This document shows positions 53,102-61,495 of a stretch of DNA of 64,000 nt, piece by piece. This DNA is from Gammaproteobacteria bacterium (GTDB lineage Bacteria > Pseudomonadota > Gammaproteobacteria > Ga0077536): contig CAXXLL010000003.1 of NCBI GenBank assembly GCA_963662545.2, positions 544,001-608,000 on the forward strand, written 5' to 3'. Numbering within the stretch: the first letter of the stretch is position 1; each line of letters begins with the position of its first letter. The notes beneath the pieces are model-generated. The model was not told where the DNA came from and did no database searches. It saw only the letters and a list, made by a program, of their open reading frames with translations. Made by a program: the position numbers and the translations under genes.

Positions 53102-54432
53102 ACCCGCTCGAGCAGCATCGCACCGCCCTGTCCGCCTCCGATACAGATCGCTGCCACGCCGCGTTTGGCCTCGCGTTGCTCGAGGACCTTCAACAGATGC
53201 AAAACGATGCGGGCGCCGCTGCTGCCGATGGGGTGACCCAGCGCCACCGCGCCCCCGTCGACGTTCAGGCGTTCCTGATCGATCTCGCCCATCGCGCCGC
53301 GTTGTCCTAACTCCTCGCGACAGTAGTCGTCGTCGTTGAACGCGCGTAGGCAGGCGAGAACCTGGCCGGCGAACGCTTCATTGATCTCCCAATAATCGAC
53401 CTTGGCCAAGCCCAGGCGCCGGCGCTTCAACATCGGCACCGCCGCGTTGACCGGCCCGAATCCCATTTGACGCGGATCCAGGGCCGCCCATTGTGAATCG
53501 ACCAGGCAGCCGAGGACCGGCAGATCGTATTGCTTGACCGCCGCGGCGCTTGCGAGGACGACCCACGCCGCGCCATCGGTGATCTGCGAGCTGTTGCCGG
53601 GGGTCACGTTGCCGAATTCCCGATCGAAAAAAGGTTTGAGTTTTGCAAGCTTCTCAACCGAGGAATCAGGGCGAACGCCGTCGTCCTGATCGAAGATCTG
53701 TCCCCCATCGTCGATCAAGGGCACGATCTCTCCCAGCCGTCCCTCGGCCTGCGCCGCCGCGAGTCGTAAATGGCTGCGCACTGCATAGGCATCCATTTCT
53801 TCGCGCGAAATCCCATAGCGCCTGCTAATGACCTCAGCGGTCTGGCCCATCGACAATCCGACGACCGGATCCGTCAGGCCCACCAGCAGCGCCACGATCG
53901 GCTTCAGGAAAGCCGGCCGCAATTGCGTCAGTACCTTCACCCGGTCAACCGCCGAGCGGGCAGTCATCCATCGGGCGAGCCACGTCGTCATCGCCGGTCC
54001 CCACAAAATGGGCGCATGGCTCATGGCTTCACTGCCGCCGGCGAGGACGAGCTTGGCGCGTCCGCTCGCAATCGAGCGCGCAGCGCTGTCGATCGCCTGC
54101 ATGCCGGTGGCGCAATTACGCTGCACCGTCCAGGCTGGCACACGATCGCCGCAACCGAGGCGCAGGGCAACGACGCGCGCGATATTGGCTTCCTCCGGCC
54201 CCGGCATAATGCAGCCAAGGATGACTTCGTCGAGTTCGGGCGGCTCAAATGACTGGCGCGCCAGGAGCGCGCGGCCGGCGTGGACGGCGAGATCGGATGG
54301 CCGAAACGGTCCAGGCCCCGTACGCGCTTTCAGAAATGGCGTGCGTGCGCCGTCAACGACAAATACCTTTTGGGCCTGGTTAGTATCGGACGCTTTGCGG
54401 CTTCTACTCGTTGCCATCTGTTTTAACTCCAC
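53098..54432 (-). CDS. fadI: Acetyl-CoA C-acyltransferase (thiolase), FadI-like
   Basis: TVQRNCATG, WEINEAFA, GGAVALGHP.GSSG, ICIGGGQG; 4-bp overlap with fadJ. Confidence 0.85.
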   Translation of the reverse strand: MELKQMATSRSRKASDTNQAQKVFVVDGARTPFLKARTGPGPFRPSDLAVHAGRALLARQSFEPPELDEVILGCIMPGPEEANIARVVALRLGCGDRVPAWTVQRNCATGMQAIDSAARSIASGRAKLVLAGGSEAMSHAPILWGPAMTTWLARWMTARSAVDRVKVLTQLRPAFLKPIVALLVGLTDPVVGLSMGQTAEVISRRYGISREEMDAYAVRSHLRLAAAQAEGRLGEIVPLIDDGGQIFDQDDGVRPDSSVEKLAKLKPFFDREFGNVTPGNSSQITDGAAWVVLASAAAVKQYDLPVLGCLVDSQWAALDPRQMGFGPVNAAVPMLKRRRLGLAKVDYWEINEAFAGQVLACLRAFNDDDYCREELGQRGAMGEIDQERLNVDGGAVALGHPIGSSGARIVLHLLKVLEQREAKRGVAAICIGGGQGGAMLLERV

Positions 54433-54524
54433 GCTGCTCCGGGCAGCCGTCGGATGCGATCATTCCACTGGCACGATATTGAGTGTGAACCGCACTGGGA
54501 TCTATCTTCTTCTTTTTCCATTCA

Positions 54525-55928
54525 CTATTCCTGCGCCTCGCGCAGCCGCGGATCGAAAGCGTCTCTTACCGCATCAGCGAATACGTTAGCGGCGAGCACG
54601 AGTGTGAACATAAACACGAATGCGGCGAACAGAGACCACCATACCACCGGCTCTCGGGCGAGTTCCAGCCGTGCGCTGTTGATCATATTCCCCCAGCTTT
54701 CCATACTGGGATCGACACCGATGTCGATGTAGGTCAGGGCCGCCTCGGCCAGCACCAGGCCGCTGAAGTCGAGCACGATCGAGATCATCACAATGTGCAT
54801 GATGTTCGGCACGATGTGCCTCGCGATGATGACCGAATGTGGGACCCCAAACGCCCGCGCCGCTTCGATGAAATCGATCTCGCGTAGTTTCAGCGCCTCG
54901 CCTCGCAGGTATCGGCACAGGCCCGTCCATGTTGTGACACCCAGGATCATGCAGAGCGCGAGCAGCTTCAAATCGGCGCGCGCTGCGAGACTCGTGTAGT
55001 CGGCCGCGTGTTTCGCCATGTATACCTCGAGCATCAGTGCGGCGGCCGCGATCAAGAGCACGCCCGGTATCGATGACAGCGTGGTGTATAAGTATTGGAT
55101 CACGTCGTCGACCCAGCCGCGAAAATATCCCGCTGCGATGCCCAGCAAAACGGCGAAGGGCAACATGACCAAAGTCGCCAAAGTACCGATCAAAAGCCCT
55201 GTGCGAATGCTCTTGAGCCCCTGGTAGAGAACATCACTGCCGACTTTGTCGGTGCCGAGGATGTGGTAATACGGTGCGACCGCGGCACAGTAACCGATGG
55301 CGGCGGCAACTACGGCGAACGTTGCGAGAATGACGCGCCACGGTACGGATGTACGCCCCGCGATCACCGCGTCGAGGGTCGCGCGCCAGGACATTCGCGC
55401 ATTCCGCGCGATCGCGGCGATCAAGACCGCGGCCATCGCGAGCCATGCGGCCAGTCCCCCCGCTATGCCGGTGGCGCTGCGGATCGAGATATCCGACGCG
55501 CGCTCTTTTTCAGGATTTGCGAGATGGGCGCCGCCGTAAGCCAGCCGTGGAAAGTCACGCTTGGTGCCGCCGTCAGGGAGTTCGATCACTTCTTTCGCGA
55601 ATGCGTAGGCCGCGAATGGGGCGGAATACGTCTTCTCGACGTTGACTTTGAGCGGTTTGACCACGATATCGAATACGCTCGCTATTTCGGAGCTGTAACG
55701 AACGTCTCCGCCGCCCGATAGCCGGGGATGAAAATGGATCGAATCCAGCGTAGCGACGACGACATAACTTGCCAGTATCACGGCGGCGCCCATGCCGAGC
55801 GGGCGCCGGCATACCCGGCGCCACGGGGCTCTCAGATGTTCGTGCCGGCGCGCATAAAGGGCATAGCCGATCGCGAGGACCACGAGCATGAAAAACAGCG
55901 CGTCCGTTTTGAGCAATACCCAATTCAT
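54525..55928 (-). CDS. Peptide-type ABC transporter permease (DppC/OppC-like, enlarged)
   Basis: HILGTDKVG.DV, FIEAARAFG...IIARHIVPN EAA loop, SWGNMI, DAVRDAFDPR. Confidence 0.9.
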   Translation of the reverse strand: MNWVLLKTDALFFMLVVLAIGYALYARRHEHLRAPWRRVCRRPLGMGAAVILASYVVVATLDSIHFHPRLSGGGDVRYSSEIASVFDIVVKPLKVNVEKTYSAPFAAYAFAKEVIELPDGGTKRDFPRLAYGGAHLANPEKERASDISIRSATGIAGGLAAWLAMAAVLIAAIARNARMSWRATLDAVIAGRTSVPWRVILATFAVVAAAIGYCAAVAPYYHILGTDKVGSDVLYQGLKSIRTGLLIGTLATLVMLPFAVLLGIAAGYFRGWVDDVIQYLYTTLSSIPGVLLIAAAALMLEVYMAKHAADYTSLAARADLKLLALCMILGVTTWTGLCRYLRGEALKLREIDFIEAARAFGVPHSVIIARHIVPNIMHIVMISIVLDFSGLVLAEAALTYIDIGVDPSMESWGNMINSARLELAREPVVWWSLFAAFVFMFTLVLAANVFADAVRDAFDPRLREAQE

Positions 55929-55940
55929 TGTGGTCGGTGT

Positions 55941-56105
55941 CTAGCGCACCGTCCCGCGATAAACGTTCGTAATTCGCTGGACTTTTTCGTCCCTGACGGC
56001 GTTGTTCGTCCTTGCGTAGAGCCCGCTACGCGGCGTCCTCGCGCCTTGCCAGGAACGAAAAATCCGGTACGACTTAAGCAACTTTTTTAGCCGACGGCAC
56101 ACTAG
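55941..56105. mobile_element. MITE-like palindromic element between the two ABC permease genes (165 bp)
   Basis: CTAGCGCACCGTC / GACGGCACACTAG ends, internal stem TTTTTCGTCCCTG / CAGGAACGAAAAA; the right CTAG contains the permease stop codon. Confidence 0.7.
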
Positions 56106-57079
56106 TTCAACCGCACCCGCGGATCGACCAGCGTGTAGGAGATATCGGTCAGGATGAGCCCCACGATATAGAGCACCGAGCCCAGGAACACCATCGAGCG
56201 CACGATGGCGAAATCCTGACGCTGGATCGCTTCAATCGTGTAACTGCCCAGGCCGGGAATTCCGAAAAAAGCCTCCGTGATCAGGCTGCCGAGAAAAAGC
56301 GTGGGCAGGACGACGACGACGCCGGTCAGGATCGGGATGAGTGCGTTGCGCAGTACGTGGCCGTATAGCACAAGCCTTTCCGAAAGACCCTTGGACCGGG
56401 CGGTACGCACATAATCCCGGTTGATCTCTTCGAGAAAAATCGTGCGGTACCAGCGCGTCCCATGACCCAACCCACCGATGATCATGACCACGACCGGAAG
56501 AATGAGGAACTTAGTGGCGTAAATTCCGCCGTCGAAGCCCGATATCGGTACGACGCGCAGCAGCTTGCCGATCAGAAACTGACCGCCGATGATGTAGAAC
56601 AGACCGGAAATAGACATCATCGCGACGCACAGCACCACCGCCCAGGTATCGATATATGTACCGCGGAAAAACGCGATCATGAGGGCGAAGCTGATGGTGA
56701 GTATCAAGCCCATGATGAAAACCGGCAAGGTGATGGCGAGGCTCGGCCACATGCGTTGCGAAATGTCGTATCCAATGTCGCGCCCGCTGTCCGACTGCCC
56801 GAATTCAAAGAGAAATAGCTTCACCGTATTAGAGTAGAAAATGGTGTCTGTCGCGCGCGCGCTGCCGGTACGTTCGGCATTCCACAACAGTGGCTTGTCG
56901 TACCCGCGTTCGGATTTCCATTTCTCGATCGCCTCGGTAGTCACGTGCTTGTGGCCAAGATGAAGCCGCGCCATGTCCTCCGGCGAATTAATCACGAAAA
57001 ACAAAATGAACGTAATGATATTCACGCCGATCAGAATCGGCACGGCGTAGGCGATCCGGCGGATGATATAGGCAATCAT
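56102..57079 (-). CDS. Peptide-type ABC transporter permease (DppB/OppB-like; start MIAYII)
   Basis: DYVRTARSKGL...HVLRNAL, TEAFFGIPGLG, DISYTLVDPR; ATGA overlap with the binding-protein stop. Confidence 0.92.
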   Translation of the reverse strand: MIAYIIRRIAYAVPILIGVNIITFILFFVINSPEDMARLHLGHKHVTTEAIEKWKSERGYDKPLLWNAERTGSARATDTIFYSNTVKLFLFEFGQSDSGRDIGYDISQRMWPSLAITLPVFIMGLILTISFALMIAFFRGTYIDTWAVVLCVAMMSISGLFYIIGGQFLIGKLLRVVPISGFDGGIYATKFLILPVVVMIIGGLGHGTRWYRTIFLEEINRDYVRTARSKGLSERLVLYGHVLRNALIPILTGVVVVLPTLFLGSLITEAFFGIPGLGSYTIEAIQRQDFAIVRSMVFLGSVLYIVGLILTDISYTLVDPRVRLN

Positions 57080-59241
57080 TGAACGGCTGCTTTCTGTCGT
57101 GCTGTATAAGTGCGATACGCCGGGATTGCGCTGATCACCAGGGCGACAGCCAGCACCACCAGGGGCCACATTACCGGTCGATTCCAGGCGTCGCGCATCT
57201 TCGCTCGAAGTTGCGGATCGATGGTCTTGTACTTGAGCGTATTGCGCGCCATCAGATTCGGCTTCGCGTTGCCATACCATGCGTGGTAAAGCGTGTAAGC
57301 CGTCGGATGGAAACCCCACAACCAGGGGGAATCCCGGCGCACAATTTCAAGCATTTCATCGATCACCGCCTGGCGCTCGGATCCGTCCGCCATCGCCCGC
57401 ATCGTGACGAAAAGCTCATCGAAGCGCTCGTTCTGGTAATTCACGGCGTTCTCGCCCTGCGAGTTCACCTTGGCATTCGGGCCGTAGAGCAGAAACAGAA
57501 AATTCTCGGGATCAGGGTAGTCCGCGTTCCAGCCCCACGCAAAAATCTGTGCCGTACCCTTGCGAACTTTTTCCTGGAAGCGGTTGTAATCGGTCGCGCG
57601 GATGACGAGCTGCACGCCGAGCTTCTCGAATTGCTTGCCGTACCATTTCAGCAACGACTTGCTACCCGGGCCGGCCGAAACGGCCTCGAAATAAAGCGTC
57701 AGGGGCTCCCCCGTCGCCGCATCCAGTCCGTCTACGTAACCCGCCTCTCGCATCAGATCACGCGCCACATCTATTGATTTACGCACCGCCTTGCCACCCC
57801 GCCAATCATAGACGTAGGGATTGATCCCTTCGGCACCGGAAAGGTGGCCGAAGATACCGGAGGGTATAGGGCTCTGGGCAGCGATACCCCTCCCGTTACG
57901 GAAGATCGATATCATTTCCTCGTAGTCGACCGCTATCGCGATCGCCCGCCGCAACAAGCGCGCACGCTCCGAATCTCCGCCGACCACGGGATCGGTCATG
58001 TTGAATCCCATGTAGGCAATCGAGGCCGTCACCGCGGTCGCCAGACTAATACCCTTCCCAAGCATGCTCTCCGTCAATTGCGCTTCGCCCTCGACACTGA
58101 ACTGGATTGCCTGATCAAAGCTGTCGGAGATAATGCCGGAATTATCGTAATACCCCTGTAAAAACTTGGTCCATTCGGGTATCGCCTCTTTCTCCAGACT
58201 GTAATAGGCCGAATCAATGAACGGCATGATTTTGCCGGCCTGGCTCAGCAGGTCGTCGGCGGCGTCGCCGGGCTCGCCGGTGGTCGGGAAGGGTTCACCC
58301 CGAAAGTTTGGATTGCGCTCGAGGATCATGCGGCGATTGGGATTGTTTTCAGTCAACATGTAAGGGCCCGTACCTACGGGGTACCAGTCGAGCGTGATAT
58401 TGCGTTCCTTCATGCCGGGCTGACTGTAGAACCGGTCCGCTTCCCATGGCACCGGCGCGAAAAACGGCATCGCAAGCCAGTACCGAAACTGGGGATATTT
58501 TTCCTTGATGCGAATCTCGTAGGTATACCGATCGACTACGCGTACACCGGCGAAATCATAGTCGCGCAGATCAATAAAACCGGCGTTGTCCGCCTGCTCC
58601 TCGCGCAGCCGTTGGCCAAGGCCACTGAGTCCCTTTATGTACTTACCCATGATGCCGGCCACCGGTGAATGGATTCGCGGATGCGCGAGGCGCTTGATCT
58701 GGTAGACGTAATCGGCGGCGATGAGCTCTCGTGTACCGGTATGTTCGAAATCCGCCAAGGTGGCGCGGTCATCGAGGTCGGGCCGCGACAAATCGTGGTA
58801 GATGAAACGACCGGCATCGTCGCGCGCAAATGCCGGATGCGGCTGATACAAGATTCCAGGCTTGATTTCAATGCGGTATACCGCTTCAGAAACTTCGTCA
58901 GATGCAGCGTTTGCTTCCAGCGCCTTGCCGTCGCGATTGAAATACCGGGCTTCGGGCAGTGCCGTTGCCGTCAGGGGAATCAGTTTGTACGGCCGCTCGA
59001 GAAAATGGTATTGCACCACCGGCTCATAAATTTGTGCATTAAATCGTGCTTCGCTTTCGCTGTACGAGGAAACGGGATCGAGATGTTTGGGACGCTCTTT
59101 GAACGACGAGTACAAAATGGTCTTGTTACGTTCATCCCCTCGATAGGGATTATTCCATGCCGTATCGCTGCAACCCGCGAGACTGACCGTGGCGAGTGCC
59201 AGTAGGATCGAGTAGAGCGGTGCTGACGACAAGAGTTGCAA
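57076..59241 (-). CDS. Family-5 ABC substrate-binding protein with lipobox and C-terminal TM helix
   Basis: LAGC lipobox, PKHLDP, PVGTGPY, WNADYPDPENFL; hydrophobic C-terminal WPLVVLAVALVISAIPAY; start uncertain (TTG 59241 inferred). Confidence 0.85.
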   Translation of the reverse strand: MQLLSSAPLYSILLALATVSLAGCSDTAWNNPYRGDERNKTILYSSFKERPKHLDPVSSYSESEARFNAQIYEPVVQYHFLERPYKLIPLTATALPEARYFNRDGKALEANAASDEVSEAVYRIEIKPGILYQPHPAFARDDAGRFIYHDLSRPDLDDRATLADFEHTGTRELIAADYVYQIKRLAHPRIHSPVAGIMGKYIKGLSGLGQRLREEQADNAGFIDLRDYDFAGVRVVDRYTYEIRIKEKYPQFRYWLAMPFFAPVPWEADRFYSQPGMKERNITLDWYPVGTGPYMLTENNPNRRMILERNPNFRGEPFPTTGEPGDAADDLLSQAGKIMPFIDSAYYSLEKEAIPEWTKFLQGYYDNSGIISDSFDQAIQFSVEGEAQLTESMLGKGISLATAVTASIAYMGFNMTDPVVGGDSERARLLRRAIAIAVDYEEMISIFRNGRGIAAQSPIPSGIFGHLSGAEGINPYVYDWRGGKAVRKSIDVARDLMREAGYVDGLDAATGEPLTLYFEAVSAGPGSKSLLKWYGKQFEKLGVQLVIRATDYNRFQEKVRKGTAQIFAWGWNADYPDPENFLFLLYGPNAKVNSQGENAVNYQNERFDELFVTMRAMADGSERQAVIDEMLEIVRRDSPWLWGFHPTAYTLYHAWYGNAKPNLMARNTLKYKTIDPQLRAKMRDAWNRPVMWPLVVLAVALVISAIPAYRTYTARQKAAVQ

Positions 59242-59352
59242 GCTCGGGGAGTGTCCGGATAACGGATCAGGATTATAAACTCCACCTGGACGCTGTACAC
59301 TCTTGACTGCAGCATTGAACTTCGGCGGAGCACGAAAAAAGGTAACCATGTG

Positions 59353-60135
59353 ATGGGGATTCTAGAAGGCAAGCGCGCACTAATCGTTGGAGTCGCCAGT
59401 AATAAGTCCATAGCCTGGGGCGTTGCAAAAGCCATGCATCGCGAAGGCGCCGAACTCGCCTTCACCTATCAGGGTGAGCGCCTGCGTTCACGCGTGGAGG
59501 ATTTCGCCGCCGAATGTGGATCCGAAATCACCGTACCGTGTGACGTCGCCAGCGACGAAGAGATTCAGAACGTGTTCGATCACCTGGATAATTACTGGGA
59601 ACACGTCGATATCATGGTTCACTCCATCGCCTACGCTCCCAGGGAGGAACTTCGGGGCGAATACTTGGACAGCGTCACCCGCGATGGGTTTCGTGTCGCG
59701 CATGAGATCAGCTCGTTCAGCTTTGCTGCACTAGGCAACGCCGCTCGGCCGCTCATGCAAGGGGTAAACGGCGCCATGCTGACTTTGAGCTATCTCGGGG
59801 CGGTCCGCACCATGCCGAGCTACAACGTCATGGGACCGGCCAAGGCAAGTCTTGAAGCAAACGTACGCTACATGGCCGAGAGCCTCGGCCCCGAGGGGAT
59901 CAGGGTCAACGCGATATCTGCCGGCCCAATCCGTACCTTGGCTTCGTCGGGCGTCAAGGATCTGCGCAAATTTCTGGGTTACGTCGAGCAGACAGCACCG
60001 CTCAGGCGCAATGTCACCATCGACGAAGTGGGTAACGTCGCCGCCTTTCTGTGCTCGGATATGGCCTCGGCGGTGACGGGTGAAATCACTTACGTCGATT
60101 GCGGCTTCAATATCATGGGCATGGCCGGCATCTAA
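59353..60135 (+). CDS. fabI: Enoyl-ACP reductase
   Basis: [37 protein letters not shown]. Confidence 0.96.
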   Translation: MGILEGKRALIVGVASNKSIAWGVAKAMHREGAELAFTYQGERLRSRVEDFAAECGSEITVPCDVASDEEIQNVFDHLDNYWEHVDIMVHSIAYAPREELRGEYLDSVTRDGFRVAHEISSFSFAALGNAARPLMQGVNGAMLTLSYLGAVRTMPSYNVMGPAKASLEANVRYMAESLGPEGIRVNAISAGPIRTLASSGVKDLRKFLGYVEQTAPLRRNVTIDEVGNVAAFLCSDMASAVTGEITYVDCGFNIMGMAGI

Positions 60136-60155
60136 GACGCCGGCCATGCCCATGA
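60113..60155. repeat. 43-bp palindrome centred on the fabI stop codon
   Basis: TCATGGGCATGGCCGGCATCT-A-AGACGCCGGCCATGCCCATGA, 21-bp arms with 1 mismatch. Confidence 0.85.
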
Positions 60156-61366
60156 ATTCCAGCCATTCCGGATATCTGCTGTGGGCGATTCTTGCCGGAG
60201 TCGTACTTGGCATTATCTGCGGCGCCTGGTTCGGGCCCGCCATGCTCGGGGTCGAATGGCTGGGTACGTTGTTTCTCAATGCGCTGAAGATGATGATCAT
60301 CCCTTTGATCATTGCCGCCGTGGTGACCGGCGTCGCTTCCCTTGGCGACGTCCGCAAGCTGGGCCGCGTGGGCGGATTTACCGTTCTTTATTACGCTTCG
60401 ACGACGGCTGTCGCGGTAATCCTGGGCCTCATCATCGTCAATATCATTCAGCCAGGTACTGGCGCCGCCAATTTGAGCACCGAGGTACCCGCAACGGTCG
60501 CCGCACGGGAAACGACCGGTATAGCGGATATCGTACTGTCAATGGTCGCGCCCAATCTCGTGGCCGCGGCGGCGGAGACCCAGTTGCTGCCGCTGATCGT
60601 TTTTTCTCTCGTTTTTGCGGCCGCCCTGACCACGATCGGGGAGCGCGGTAAAACGCTGCTCGCCTTTTTCGAGGGATTGAACGAAACGATGATGAAACTC
60701 GTCGTGTGGATCATGTATTTCGCTCCCGTCGGCATTTTCGCGCTCGTCGCCTCTCGGCTCGGCCAGGCGGGCGGCGGGGAAGCGTTCATTAAGGAGATCT
60801 CCGCCGTAGGCTTATACGTCGCCACGGTTCTCATTGGACTCACCTTCCATTTTGTCTTGCTTTTCGTCGTTTTGCGCATCTTCGCCGGCGGCGGTCTCGA
60901 ATTTTTACGCGCGATGCTGAGAGCGCTATTGACTGCTTTCGGCACGGCAAGTTCCTCGGCGACACTGCCGCTGACCATGGAGTGCGCCAAAGAGGCGGGT
61001 GCCGATGAGCGCGCCGTACGTTTCGTTCTGCCACTCGGAGCGACGATCAATATGGACGGGACCGCGCTTTACGAAGCCGTAGCGGTCATGTTTATTGCGC
61101 AGGCCTACGGCTTCGACATGGGCGTTACCGAGCAGATCGTCATTTTCCTCACGGCGACCCTGGCGGCGATTGGCGCAGCGGGGATCCCACAAGCGGGCCT
61201 GGTGACGATGATCATCGTTCTGACGGCGGTCAATCTACCGCTAGAAGGCATCGGCCTGCTGCTGGCCGTCGACTGGTTCCTGGATCGGTTCCGTACGGCT
61301 GTGAACGTTTGGGGGGACAGCGTGGGTTCGGCCGTCATCAGCAGGTTGATTCGAACGGAGACGTAG
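60146..61366 (+). CDS. Dicarboxylate/amino acid:cation symporter (DAACS, GltP-like)
   Basis: FLNALKM, AFGTASSSATLP, LPLGATINMDGTALYE, DWFLDRFRTAVNV.GD; start 60146 or 60152. Confidence 0.92.
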   Translation: MPMNSSHSGYLLWAILAGVVLGIICGAWFGPAMLGVEWLGTLFLNALKMMIIPLIIAAVVTGVASLGDVRKLGRVGGFTVLYYASTTAVAVILGLIIVNIIQPGTGAANLSTEVPATVAARETTGIADIVLSMVAPNLVAAAAETQLLPLIVFSLVFAAALTTIGERGKTLLAFFEGLNETMMKLVVWIMYFAPVGIFALVASRLGQAGGGEAFIKEISAVGLYVATVLIGLTFHFVLLFVVLRIFAGGGLEFLRAMLRALLTAFGTASSSATLPLTMECAKEAGADERAVRFVLPLGATINMDGTALYEAVAVMFIAQAYGFDMGVTEQIVIFLTATLAAIGAAGIPQAGLVTMIIVLTAVNLPLEGIGLLLAVDWFLDRFRTAVNVWGDSVGSAVISRLIRTET

Positions 61367-61419
61367 AAAAGGGATTTGCCCGCTTGCGGGCGAACGGACG
61401 GCGTCCGCACTACGTCAAG

Positions 61420-61495
61420 CTGGCTGGAGCGAGTACGCCCCGTCACAGCGAGCCGATCAGCGCCCGCAGCAGGAGGGTGGTGAGAAATGCGGCTA
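61420..61495. repeat. Diverged partial copy of the tRNA-Leu/secG element at the ppiD stop
   Basis: Minus strand TAGCCGCATTTCTCACCACCCTCCTGCTG...CTCGCTGTGACGGGGCGT aligns with 19184-19244 (GCATATCTCACCAACCCTTCTACTG...CTCGCCCTGACGGGCGT); left boundary approximate. Confidence 0.55.

Noticed and set aside
9419-57945. At least 12 GCGATCGC (HIP1-like) octamers found by eye, tempting to link to the methylase
   Set aside because: Nearly all lie in coding DNA and fit common GCG-ATC-GCN (Ala-Ile-Ala) usage in a GC-rich genome; a codon-aware Markov test would be needed and was not run
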